Shown piece after piece: positions 16,107 to 24,420 of a stretch of 41,322 bases of DNA. Where the stretch lies: the NCBI GenBank assembly GCA_964547785.1, contig CAZJPB010000001.1, forward strand, positions 1-41,322. The letters run 5' to 3'. The first letter of the stretch is position 1. Every line of letters begins with the position of its first letter. The notes under the pieces are model-generated. The model had not been told where the DNA came from. It ran no database searches and saw only the letters and a list, made by a program, of their open reading frames with translations. Source of the DNA: an uncultured Pseudomonadota bacterium (lineage in GTDB: Bacteria > Babelota > Babeliae > Babelales > CAIQNR01). A program made the translations under genes and the position numbers.

Positions 16107-16778
16107 ATGTCATCTACAGCTTTACGAGTCAAAGAATTATTACGAGAAAAAGGTTGGACTACAAAAGTTCTTGCCGAAAAAACTGGTATGTCAGAAAGCT
16201 ATCTTACTCATATAAAAAATGGGACAAGACGCTGGAACGAAGACTCATTAAAAAAATTAGCGAATGCTTTTGAGATCACCCCTATCGATCTCTTTGCAGA
16301 AAAACGCAAACGTACGGATAATATTGATAGCAATATTAGCATGCCACAGCGCTCTGACGTTGAACTCAAAGTTCAAGTCGTTCCTGTTGTTGGAGAAATC
16401 CCTTCTAATCCATCACCGTACAACAACCAAATGATCCAAACAACGACTGGCTACAAAGATGTCTTTGTGCCAACTTTAAACTTAAATGATTCAGCAATGT
16501 TTGCCTTTGCTGTTGATAACAACTCATTAGCGCCAGTATTTGTAAAAGGCGACCTCTTGATTGTTTCACCAGAAGTATGGACCAAATCTGGCGACATCGT
16601 TGCAGTAGAATATGGTAATGATACCCCTATCAAAGCAATTATGCAGGCTACTATGAGCGATGACTTTATCGTTTTAGAAACTCCAAGCAGAAAACAAGCT
16701 CCTATTGCTCTTGTGCGCGGAAAAGATCATTTTAGAATTATTGGCCGCGTTGTACAACGCATTCAAAAATTCCTATAA
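16107..16778 (+). CDS. XRE-family HTH regulator fused to an S24 (LexA/CI-like) peptidase domain
   Basis: N-terminal HTH (KVLAEKTGMSESYLTHIKNGTRRW). C-terminal S24-like region with candidate Ser (DNNSLAPVFVKGDLLIV, compare GDSM...GD) and Lys (PIKAIM). AAGGAG RBS. Confidence 0.75.
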   Translation: MSSTALRVKELLREKGWTTKVLAEKTGMSESYLTHIKNGTRRWNEDSLKKLANAFEITPIDLFAEKRKRTDNIDSNISMPQRSDVELKVQVVPVVGEIPSNPSPYNNQMIQTTTGYKDVFVPTLNLNDSAMFAFAVDNNSLAPVFVKGDLLIVSPEVWTKSGDIVAVEYGNDTPIKAIMQATMSDDFIVLETPSRKQAPIALVRGKDHFRIIGRVVQRIQKFL

Positions 16779-16793
16779 TTTTTATAAGCTCTT

Positions 16794-16859
16794 AAAAAAG
16801 ATAGCTTCCTTAAAAAGCCGGTATATTCTTGCTTTTAAAAGTGGAGCTATCTTTTTTTT
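16794..16859 (+). terminator. long imperfect hairpin with T-tract downstream of the XRE-S24 gene
   Basis: aaaaaagatagct (16794-16806) pairs with agctatctttttt (16846-16858). Inner pairing is cttaaaaagc / gcttttaaaag. The T-run continues after the stem. Confidence 0.55.
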
Positions 16860-16973
16860 ATGATTCTAGTACTCTTTTTGTAGCAGTTTGCTAAATAAAA
16901 TAAATTCTGAGTGATATTTTATAAGAGCGCATGGTGCGCGATTTCCACTTAGTAAACAATGCAAAGGTATGTT

Positions 16974-17531
16974 ATGAATCGTTATGAGATTCTTCTTTTA
17001 GCCGTGCCTCATATGACTGAGGACGAGTCTACTGCCATAGAACGTGGCATCGAAAAAATAGTACAAGGTGTTCCGGGAAGTGTTATCACTTCTTATGACA
17101 AATGGGGTAAATGCAAACTTGCTTATCCTATTGGAGAACATGAATACGGCCTTTATTTTTTAATTCGTTTTACGCTCACTGATCCTAAAAGCGTTTTTGA
17201 TGCAATTCATACGTTTTTAACCATGAAATATAGCGAGTCAGTCATTAGACATCTTATGAAAAAATTAGATAAAAATGAGCCTGCTGTATATGTTCGTCAA
17301 GAAATTGTAGAAGAAGCTCCAACAGGTGACGTTCGTGATTTTTTACGAAAAAATAAAATGGAAGGCTTGCTCCCTTCTGTAGAAGGTGGCGAAGAAAAGC
17401 CAGAACGCGAACACCGCAGAGATCGCGGTCCTAGAACTCCTTATCAATCATCATATAATAGACATCCACGAAAAGATAAAGATGCCGCAGCTCCTACTTT
17501 TACAAAACCTGTTGATACCGAAAAGGTTTGA
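16974..17531 (+). CDS. rpsF: 30S ribosomal protein S6 with extended charged C-terminal tail
   Basis: S6-like N-terminus ([10 protein letters not shown]...[12 protein letters not shown]). I prefer the ATG at 16974, preceded by an AAAGG RBS, over the ORF-track start at 16959. TGA stop. Confidence 0.85.
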   Translation: MNRYEILLLAVPHMTEDESTAIERGIEKIVQGVPGSVITSYDKWGKCKLAYPIGEHEYGLYFLIRFTLTDPKSVFDAIHTFLTMKYSESVIRHLMKKLDKNEPAVYVRQEIVEEAPTGDVRDFLRKNKMEGLLPSVEGGEEKPEREHRRDRGPRTPYQSSYNRHPRKDKDAAAPTFTKPVDTEKV

Positions 17532-17533
17532 CC

Positions 17534-17821
17534 ATGACTAAAAAAATAAAATTAAAAGTTAGTTCTCGTCTTTTAAAAAAGAAAAATCGTCGTAGTTCTT
17601 CGAACCAAAAAAAACAATGCCGTTTTTGCGCAAATGATGAACAAGCATTATTGCTCAACTACAAAAACACGCATGTTTTAAAACATTTTTTAACAGAACG
17701 TGGTAAAATTTTACCTTCACGTATTTCTGGAAACTGTGCTATGCATCAACGTGGCATGGGCGACGCGATTAAATGCGCTCGAACAATGGCTCTCTTGCCT
17801 TATTGTTCATCAGCTTATTAA
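17534..17821 (+). CDS. rpsR: 30S ribosomal protein S18 with basic N-terminal extension
   Basis: S18 core (CRFC...[31 protein letters not shown]...[13 protein letters not shown]). The ATG at 17534 follows an AAAGG RBS. The ORF-track start at 17528 is TTG. Confidence 0.9.
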   Translation: MTKKIKLKVSSRLLKKKNRRSSSNQKKQCRFCANDEQALLLNYKNTHVLKHFLTERGKILPSRISGNCAMHQRGMGDAIKCARTMALLPYCSSAY

Positions 17822-17883
17822 AACGTTTTAAGTGAGAAAAACTCTATGAATATATATTGTTTTTCTCACTTTTTTTATGTCTT

Positions 17884-18633
17884 ATGAAACATGCTTACAG
17901 ACTTATTATTGCTTACGATGGTACAGATTATTACGGCTGGCAATTTCAAAACGATCGACCTTCTGTAGAGGGCGTTATCAGAAAAACCTTTTTAAGAAGC
18001 TTTAAACAAAAAGATGTTCTTTTTGTTGGCGCGTCTCGCACGGATGCTGGTGTTCATGCACGCGGTCAGACTGCTCGATTAAAAACAGATCTATTGCTTG
18101 AGCCTCACAAACTTATGACTATTTTGAATCGTGCATTGCCGCGCGATATTCAGATCGTTTCTTGCATTCATGCTCCAGATCGATTCCATCCGCATCATGA
18201 CGTGCTCATGAAAACATACACCTATTCTTTTTCTCTACAAAAACCATCGCCGCAAGAATCTCGATTTTTATATTATTTTCCCTGGGACATTGATATAAAA
18301 ACCATGCAAGAAGCGTTACGCGTATTCGAAGGCACGCATGATTTTAGTTATTTTTGCAAAGAAGCTGTTGCAGAAAAATCAAAAATCAAAACGATAACAT
18401 CAATTATGCTCGAAGAAAAAAATACACATTTTATCATCACGATAAAAGGTACATCGTTTTTGCGTTACATGATCAGACGAATCGTTGGCGCAGCATTTGC
18501 CGTTGCAAGTCATCAAAATGTTTCTTTACAAGAGCTTAAAGAGACCTTATCTCAAAAAAACAAACGGGCTAAATTATTGATTACCGCACCTGCTCATGGA
18601 TTATGCTTATCTACTATTGACTATAAAAATTAA
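17884..18633 (+). CDS. truA: tRNA pseudouridine(38-40) synthase
   Basis: TruA motifs: YRLIIAYDGTDYYGWQ, GASRTDAGVHARGQ, FLRYMIRRIVG. The start is taken at the internal ATG 17884 (MKHAYRL...). Confidence 0.9.
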   Translation: MKHAYRLIIAYDGTDYYGWQFQNDRPSVEGVIRKTFLRSFKQKDVLFVGASRTDAGVHARGQTARLKTDLLLEPHKLMTILNRALPRDIQIVSCIHAPDRFHPHHDVLMKTYTYSFSLQKPSPQESRFLYYFPWDIDIKTMQEALRVFEGTHDFSYFCKEAVAEKSKIKTITSIMLEEKNTHFIITIKGTSFLRYMIRRIVGAAFAVASHQNVSLQELKETLSQKNKRAKLLITAPAHGLCLSTIDYKN

Positions 18634-18651
18634 AAAAAGGAATAAACTTGC

Positions 18652-19215
18652 ATGAATACTATAATCAAAAAAATACTCTTTTGTGTTGGATTAATTGCAC
18701 TCATTGGCGGCAGTTATTACGGCTTATCATACATAAAAAAATCTCGCATTAATGATGGGCTTGTTTGTTACAACGATCTACGCGATAGGCCTTTTATAAA
18801 ACAATTATTCAAAGACAATTGGTACCTTTTAACCGCTGATCCAAACAGCGATGTTGATTTTGTTTTTGGAACGCTCTCTCCAAATACGCACGAAGCTAAA
18901 TATTTTGGAAAAATGGATATTACGATGATGTTCGAAAATAATGTGCCAGCTGGAGTTGTCACGTATTATATGCTTACAAAAGCGCTAGGAAGGGTTGTTT
19001 ATTTAGCAGTTGATGAAAAGTTTCGCGGCAAAGGATACGGAGAAAAACTTTTACGTTACGCGTGCGATCAGCTCAAAGCAAAAGGCGCTCTTTCTGTAAA
19101 ATTATTCGTGAGAAGCGAAAATGCTCGCGCTCGAAAATTATACGAAAAAGTTGGTTTTGAACCAGCAGAATCAGAACCCCTATCAGTAGGGCTTTGGTAT
19201 AGAAAAAAATTATAA
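18652..19215 (+). CDS. GNAT-family N-acetyltransferase with N-terminal TM segment
   Basis: Acetyl-CoA-binding motif LAVDEKFRGKGYGEKLLRYA. N-terminal hydrophobic helix ILFCVGLIALIGG. Confidence 0.8.
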   Translation: MNTIIKKILFCVGLIALIGGSYYGLSYIKKSRINDGLVCYNDLRDRPFIKQLFKDNWYLLTADPNSDVDFVFGTLSPNTHEAKYFGKMDITMMFENNVPAGVVTYYMLTKALGRVVYLAVDEKFRGKGYGEKLLRYACDQLKAKGALSVKLFVRSENARARKLYEKVGFEPAESEPLSVGLWYRKKL

Positions 19216-19231
19216 AAAAGGAACCACTTTT

Positions 19232-19513
19232 ATGAAAAAATATATTTTGATTTTTACTCTTTTATGCACTACACAAAACATTTTTACAGAAGATTTGTTT
19301 TTAGAAGAATTTGAAACAGAATTTTTTAACGAAACCGCTTTACCAGAAACACCTTTTAGCCCTATCATTATTACGCCGCAACCAAAAGTTTTTAAGCTTT
19401 CTGACATTCCTTTTTATTTAAAAATCACTGCTATCGGTTTTTATGAATCAAAACTAAAACCTGCTTATTACGCACTCATTGCGTACATAAAATCTTTCCA
19501 GACAAAAAAATAA
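19232..19513 (+). CDS. small secreted protein (ORFan)
   Basis: 93 aa with a signal-peptide-like N-terminus (MKKYILIFTLLCTTQNIFT). AAAGGA RBS. Confidence 0.5.
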   Translation: MKKYILIFTLLCTTQNIFTEDLFLEEFETEFFNETALPETPFSPIIITPQPKVFKLSDIPFYLKITAIGFYESKLKPAYYALIAYIKSFQTKK

Positions 19514-19577
19514 AATCGTTGCTTAATTTTTTGTGTCTTCTTTATCCTGAAGTAAATTTTAACAAAAGGAGACACAA

Positions 19578-20078
19578 ATGAATGCAAAAATACTATTTTT
19601 AATGTTAAGTGCTATGCATGTTATGCACGCTTCAGAAAAAGATGCTCAAAAAAATCCTGCAGAAAATCGAGCAACAAATCGACGTAATGCGTTGCCTTCT
19701 CTTGAATTCGAAGATGACACTAAACGCGCTTTTGCAGAACTAGAAAGACGAGATACGCCCAATCCATGGGTTGAATTACAACCTACTTGCACGCCGCCGC
19801 GATCTATTTCGCCAAATGCACCAGCAACACCTTTAGCTCTTGCCTATCCTCATTCACCTTTATCACCTGACATTGATTATGATCTAGAATATCCTAGAGA
19901 TCGAGAATCCAGGATAAAATCTTATGGCACTTCAAAAAAACCTAAACGGTCCGAAACATATCCGTATATTAAAAATAGTCAAAACAAAAAAGAATGCTGC
20001 GGTGGAACATGTTGCGAAGGAATTTGCAAACTTTTAGAGTTGATTGGAAGATTATTTACGAGTGGCGTACCCTGCTAA
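19578..20078 (+). CDS. secreted Pro-rich protein with Cys-rich C-terminus (ORFan)
   Basis: 166 aa with a signal-peptide-like N-terminus and an AAAGGAG RBS. Pro/Ser-rich centre (TPPRSISPNAPATPLALAYPHSPLSP). C-terminal CCGGTCCEGIC. Confidence 0.55.
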   Translation: MNAKILFLMLSAMHVMHASEKDAQKNPAENRATNRRNALPSLEFEDDTKRAFAELERRDTPNPWVELQPTCTPPRSISPNAPATPLALAYPHSPLSPDIDYDLEYPRDRESRIKSYGTSKKPKRSETYPYIKNSQNKKECCGGTCCEGICKLLELIGRLFTSGVPC

Positions 20079-20170
20079 TTATCAAAAATAAGCTAAAAAT
20101 CTTGCCAATTTTATTTTTTTCGGCAAAAATACAGTCTTAAAATTATAATTAAAATATAAAGGAATTTGCG

Positions 20171-20578
20171 ATGAATAGATCTTTAACAATTTTTGCTTTT
20201 TTATCTTCATTAGTATGCTGCATACATGCTTCTGAACGTCCTAAAAGCCCTCTTCCAGAACCAACGGATTCATTAACCGCATCAATAGCAAGCGCATCAA
20301 GTACTCCATCAGAACAAGAATATCAAGACAATAATGCAGAACAACCCATGGATGCTTTAACTGCTGCTGCAAGTTCTCAAGGTACAGGATTCGATATTCC
20401 TGCTGGACATTTTGGACCTGCGATGCGTGAAAACCCATTTGATAGACCAGGAGGAAGCTTAGAAACTGAAGAACCAAGACATAGTGCTAGTCTATGCTGC
20501 AGCACAAGATTGCTTGCATACGTAAAATCCTGGTGGTCTTCTAGTACTGCTTCAGAAGAAAAAGATAAAAATGAATAA
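20171..20578 (+). CDS. secreted low-complexity protein (ORFan)
   Basis: 135 aa with a signal-peptide-like N-terminus (FAFLSSLVCCIHAS). Ser/Ala/Glu/Pro-rich. Confidence 0.55.
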   Translation: MNRSLTIFAFLSSLVCCIHASERPKSPLPEPTDSLTASIASASSTPSEQEYQDNNAEQPMDALTAAASSQGTGFDIPAGHFGPAMRENPFDRPGGSLETEEPRHSASLCCSTRLLAYVKSWWSSSTASEEKDKNE

Positions 20579-20584
20579 AAACAT

Positions 20585-21451
20585 ATGAAAAATAAAATAA
20601 TTATCATGCTCTTTTTTTCTGCGTTCATGACAAAAGCTGCTTCAACAGAACCACAACGATCTAATAGTACAGCTTCTTCTGACACAGAAGAAACATTTGA
20701 GATACCTAAGACCCCTCCTCAAGCAGACCCTCTTACTAATCCAAGTACGACGTATGAAACGCTTTTATCTGCCGCTGCTCTTCTTGGTAGCGCAGCAAAA
20801 AGTCTTGCTAGTGGAGCAAGCGCCCTTGCAACTGCTGCTTTAGCTCCAGCTTCAGACGTTTATGATGATAGAATACATAGATTAGGAGAAGAAATTCGCA
20901 CAGCAGCCGCAAGAGCTAATTATGCAAAATTAAAAACAATCTTAGACCAAAGAGGGCCTATAGAATTTTATGCAGCCGCACTAATTCCAAGCGGTGATAA
21001 ATTTAGAGCTGTTGAAACTGTTTGTTATGTTCAAGGTGACACAATAAATTGCTTAGAATTATTTGCTTCGATAAAAAATGGCGGTTTACTTTGTTTAAAT
21101 ATTCGAGAAGATGATGACAATTTACTTCAGGCACTTATTCGACAAGAAGTAGCAATACCAAAACCAATATTTTTAAAATTATTAGAATTAGGAGCACCTT
21201 TAGAATCTAATAATCCAAAAGAAAAAAATGTCTCTTTTACTTTGCGAGATTTATTAAGCAAGGCTTCTGGAGAAAGAAAAATATATCTAGAAAGTATTGC
21301 TAGCCTAATTCATGCTGAAAATTCTAAACGGTATCATTGTTCTATGCTAGGAGTAACGAATCTAAAAGATGTGGCAACACAAACAGACATTACCGTTAAT
21401 CCTAAAGCAACATTAGAAACATTATCAATAACAGCATCATCTGCTACATAA
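20585..21451 (+). CDS. secreted protein, possibly with degenerate ankyrin-like repeats (ORFan)
   Basis: 288 aa with a signal-peptide-like N-terminus. Segments such as NLLQALIRQEV...IFLKLLELGAPLESNN loosely resemble the ankyrin LL..GA..N pattern. This assignment is weak. Confidence 0.55.
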   Translation: MKNKIIIMLFFSAFMTKAASTEPQRSNSTASSDTEETFEIPKTPPQADPLTNPSTTYETLLSAAALLGSAAKSLASGASALATAALAPASDVYDDRIHRLGEEIRTAAARANYAKLKTILDQRGPIEFYAAALIPSGDKFRAVETVCYVQGDTINCLELFASIKNGGLLCLNIREDDDNLLQALIRQEVAIPKPIFLKLLELGAPLESNNPKEKNVSFTLRDLLSKASGERKIYLESIASLIHAENSKRYHCSMLGVTNLKDVATQTDITVNPKATLETLSITASSAT

Positions 21452-21455
21452 TCCT

Positions 21456-22208
21456 ATGAACACGCATCAATTTGCCTTTTTTTATGATAACGTTTTTTCA
21501 GTCTATTCTCACGAACTTGTTTTAACTGATCAAGATTTAGTGCGCCGTCTTACTACTATTATTCGTTGTAAAATTGGTCAATCAATTATACTCTTTAATC
21601 AAAAAGTTCATGTTGCATGCACGATCAAAACAATATCACAAAAAAATATTACGGTTTTTTGCAAACCCGTAACAACCAATACACTATTGTCGCCCGAACT
21701 ATACGTCCTACTGCCTCTTTTAAAACGAGAAGCTTTTGAAGAAGCCATCTACAACTGCACAGAACTTGGTGTCACCGGTATACAGCTCATTACGACAGAA
21801 AAATGTTCGCGTCAAAAATTGCAAGAACACGAAATGCTTCGCATCACCAAAATTATGCACGCAGCAGCAGAACAATCAAAACAATTTGCATATCCAAATC
21901 TGCTCAATCAAGGCAAAATATGTTCGTTAACAGAATTTTTACAACAAGAAAAAACTCGCAACTTTTTAAGTGCTGCAACAAAATTATATGCAAATCAATA
22001 TGGCACCCCTTTAAAAACAACCTTAGACCATGATAAACAATCTAAAATCTATTGCATTACCATCGGACCAGAAGGCGATTTTACCGCGCACGAAAAACAA
22101 TTATTAGAAAATTTTGGATTCAAATCATCTTTGTTAACCGCTACGATATTACGATCCCAACAGGCTTTAACGATTATGACTGGCTTTTTAAGAACATTTT
22201 TAACTTAA
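21456..22208 (+). CDS. rsmE: 16S rRNA (uracil1498-N3)-methyltransferase
   Basis: RsmE-like architecture with a PUA-like N-terminus, LLKREAFEEAIYNCTELGV and the C-terminal IGPEGDFT..E motif. Confidence 0.8.
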   Translation: MNTHQFAFFYDNVFSVYSHELVLTDQDLVRRLTTIIRCKIGQSIILFNQKVHVACTIKTISQKNITVFCKPVTTNTLLSPELYVLLPLLKREAFEEAIYNCTELGVTGIQLITTEKCSRQKLQEHEMLRITKIMHAAAEQSKQFAYPNLLNQGKICSLTEFLQQEKTRNFLSAATKLYANQYGTPLKTTLDHDKQSKIYCITIGPEGDFTAHEKQLLENFGFKSSLLTATILRSQQALTIMTGFLRTFLT

Positions 22209-22288
22209 AATTCTCTATGTTTTTATAAAAAAAATGATACTCTGCTTAAGATTTCACATAAGTAGGTTATGTAACCATAAGGATTTTT

Positions 22289-22846
22289 ATGAATAAAAAA
22301 ATAGCATTATACACACTTTTAACTTTTTGTAATATGCATGCTGCAAGCGATGAAGAATTTGCAAAAGCAATGCTTGCAAGCGTATTTGGTTTGAGAACGC
22401 CTAGCATAGAACGAAGGCTTCAAGCATTAGAAAATTTCGGTATAGTGCTTCCAATCGCTGTAGATGCCGCTATTAAAAAAACAACAGAAAGCGCTGAAAT
22501 AATAAGAAGACTTCAAGTCGAAAATGCAGAATTTCGAACACAACAAACAAGAACAGACATCTGATTAGATGAACTTGAAAGACTTACAAAGGGAACAAGA
22601 ACTGATCTTGATGAAATTAGTATGCGTCATGCAACTCGTATGGATCAATCAGAAAAAGCATCAGTTCATTCTGCTCAAAATTTAGGAGCCAGAATGGATA
22701 CTTTATATGCTCTTATACAAGCGCAAAAAGAACACTTTCAGAGTCAAATTGAAACACAAAAAGAACATGTTCAAAGTCAAATAATTTCAACACAATCACA
22801 AATAGCCGCTTTAGAAGCTCAAATTGCTGCCACAAAACTTTCCTAA
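22289..22846 (+). pseudogene. secreted coiled-coil protein interrupted by one in-frame TGA (22562-22564)
   Basis: ORFs 22289-22564 and 22622-22846 are in the same frame, and the frame is open from 22565. The sequence around the stop (RTDI*LDELERLTKGTR) aligns with the paralog 22870-23499 (RITTLIDELETHKTKHR). Confidence 0.55.
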
Positions 22847-22869
22847 CTTTTAATAAAAAAGAAAAAATC

Positions 22870-23499
22870 ATGAAAACAAAAATATTATTTTTTGCACTTT
22901 TAACTTTTTGTAAAGCATATGCTGCAACCGCAGAAAATGTAGACATAGAACCGACTTTACCAGAAGAACCGACCCTTTTAGTTCAATTACAAAGACAAAT
23001 TGATGCTACTGATGCAAGAATAACGACATTAATAGATGAACTAGAAACACATAAAACTAAACATCGTATTGATCGTGAAAGCCTAGAAAAAGAATTAAGA
23101 ATACATGGAGAAGTCACAACAGCAATTGCTGAATCGGTAACAAGAGAATCTGAAACATTAAATGCACAATACGAAACATTAAGCCTACAGGTAGAAAGAC
23201 TAAAATCTGCTATGAGTGTAAATATAGCTTGCTTAAGATCGCACATGAATTTTACAGAACAACAAATCAGCGCATTAATAGACAGATCAGAAGAAACAAT
23301 AACTGCTAAAATGAAAGCCCTAGAAACTAACATAGAAACGATAAAAACAGCACAAGACAAATATGCTCGTAGAATGGCTCAGTTAGAAAAAGCTCTCACA
23401 ACAGACAGACAACATAATCATGCACAAACAACTGAGTTAACAACTCAAGTAGCTTATTTAACCGAACAAATAACTGTACTACGAAGTTTTTTTGCTTAA
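22870..23499 (+). CDS. secreted coiled-coil protein (paralog of 22289-22846)
   Basis: 209 aa. The signal peptide MKTKILFFALLTFCKAYAA resembles MNKKIALYTLLTFCNMHAA of the neighbour. Heptad-rich, Glu/Thr/Leu-rich sequence. Confidence 0.65.
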   Translation: MKTKILFFALLTFCKAYAATAENVDIEPTLPEEPTLLVQLQRQIDATDARITTLIDELETHKTKHRIDRESLEKELRIHGEVTTAIAESVTRESETLNAQYETLSLQVERLKSAMSVNIACLRSHMNFTEQQISALIDRSEETITAKMKALETNIETIKTAQDKYARRMAQLEKALTTDRQHNHAQTTELTTQVAYLTEQITVLRSFFA

Positions 23500-23512
23500 A
23501 ATTACAGCAACA

Positions 23513-24199
23513 TCACGTTGATTCTTTGTATTCCATAGTCTTTAAATATAAAGGGACTAATGGTTTATAAGTTTCTTGATTATTATTCCACGCCTTGAGT
23601 GCACGTTCTGCAACTACAGAAAGTTCAACATATTCTGTTAACGTTTGCTCAAATAACGCATGCGGGAATAAATTCAATAATAATTCTTGGTGCAAAGCAA
23701 CTCCATTGCCGATAAACATAATTTTTTTATCTTTATATTCGCAAGAAAGTTGATATAAAAAGGTTCCATAAAATTCCCATCCAATTTTTATACTATTTTT
23801 AATCTTAATGCCAAAATAAAGATCATTATTAAATGCATTCAAAAGCGCAACAACTGGATATTCCGTTGCATCATACGGATGCAAAAATGCCTTAAGACCA
23901 TCGACAGCAATGAGCGGGATATTGAGCGCGCACAAAAGACCATTCACGGTTGCAATAACAACACGTAATGTCGTAAAAGGGCTTGGGCCGCAATTAACCG
24001 CTATAAAAGAAAGGTCTTGGTAAGGCATAGCATTATTTTTTAATAACGCATTCATGTTGACCATAAGATTCTTGCTCACGGTCATTTTGTCCTGAACAAA
24101 AGAATCTACGCATTCAGGACCTTCATAAAGACCACACGAAACGGAAGTATACGAAGCCGAAATAACGATGTATGAATAATTTATTTTTTGTTTTTGCAT
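23513..24199 (-). CDS. tsaB: tRNA threonylcarbamoyladenosine biosynthesis protein TsaB (YeaZ family)
   Basis: ASKHA-fold N-terminus with IAVNCGPSPFTTLRVVIATVNGL (compare GPGSFTGLRIG). Confidence 0.75.
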   Translation of the reverse strand: MQKQKINYSYIVISASYTSVSCGLYEGPECVDSFVQDKMTVSKNLMVNMNALLKNNAMPYQDLSFIAVNCGPSPFTTLRVVIATVNGLLCALNIPLIAVDGLKAFLHPYDATEYPVVALLNAFNNDLYFGIKIKNSIKIGWEFYGTFLYQLSCEYKDKKIMFIGNGVALHQELLLNLFPHALFEQTLTEYVELSVVAERALKAWNNNQETYKPLVPLYLKTMEYKEST

Positions 24200-24360
24200 T
24201 TTTGCTGCTGATAAAATATGCCGAAAGTATCAAATTCCAAAGTTTTTTCCTTGCGCGGGATAACCTTTCCGCAGTTTAAACATTTCCAACCATCAAAATT
24301 TAAAAAATGATCAAAAAACGACTGTAGCACCATCAGACCAGAACATTTTTTGCATTTCAT
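24181..24360 (-). CDS. small zinc-ribbon protein (59 aa), absent from the ORF track
   Basis: My own translation is MKCKKCSGLMVLQSFFDHFLNFDGWKCLNCGKVIPRKEKTLEFDTFGIFYQQQKCKNKK. It has CxxC...CxxC and a strong AAGGGAGA RBS 5 nt upstream of the ATG. It overlaps the tsaB start by 19 nt. Confidence 0.5.
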   Translation of the reverse strand: MKCKKCSGLMVLQSFFDHFLNFDGWKCLNCGKVIPRKEKTLEFDTFGIFYQQQKCKNKK

Positions 24361-24420
24361 ATTTTCTCCCTTTTTTTCACTTTTTTCTTTTACAAAGAAT
24401 AACAGATTTAGAAAGATATT

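Noticed and set aside
19578-20078. C-terminal Cys cluster as a eukaryotic prenylation (CaaX or CC/CxC) signal
   Set aside because: The protein ends in ...SGVPC, which fits neither CaaX nor the Rab-type terminal CC/CxC motifs. Palmitoylation of the CCGGTCC cluster remains pure speculation.
20171-21451. ORFs 20171-20578 and 20585-21451 lie in the same frame separated by one TAA, suggesting another split gene
   Set aside because: The downstream ORF has its own ATG and a full signal-peptide-like N-terminus (MKNKIIIMLFFSAFMTKAAS), so these are two separate genes. The shared frame is coincidental.
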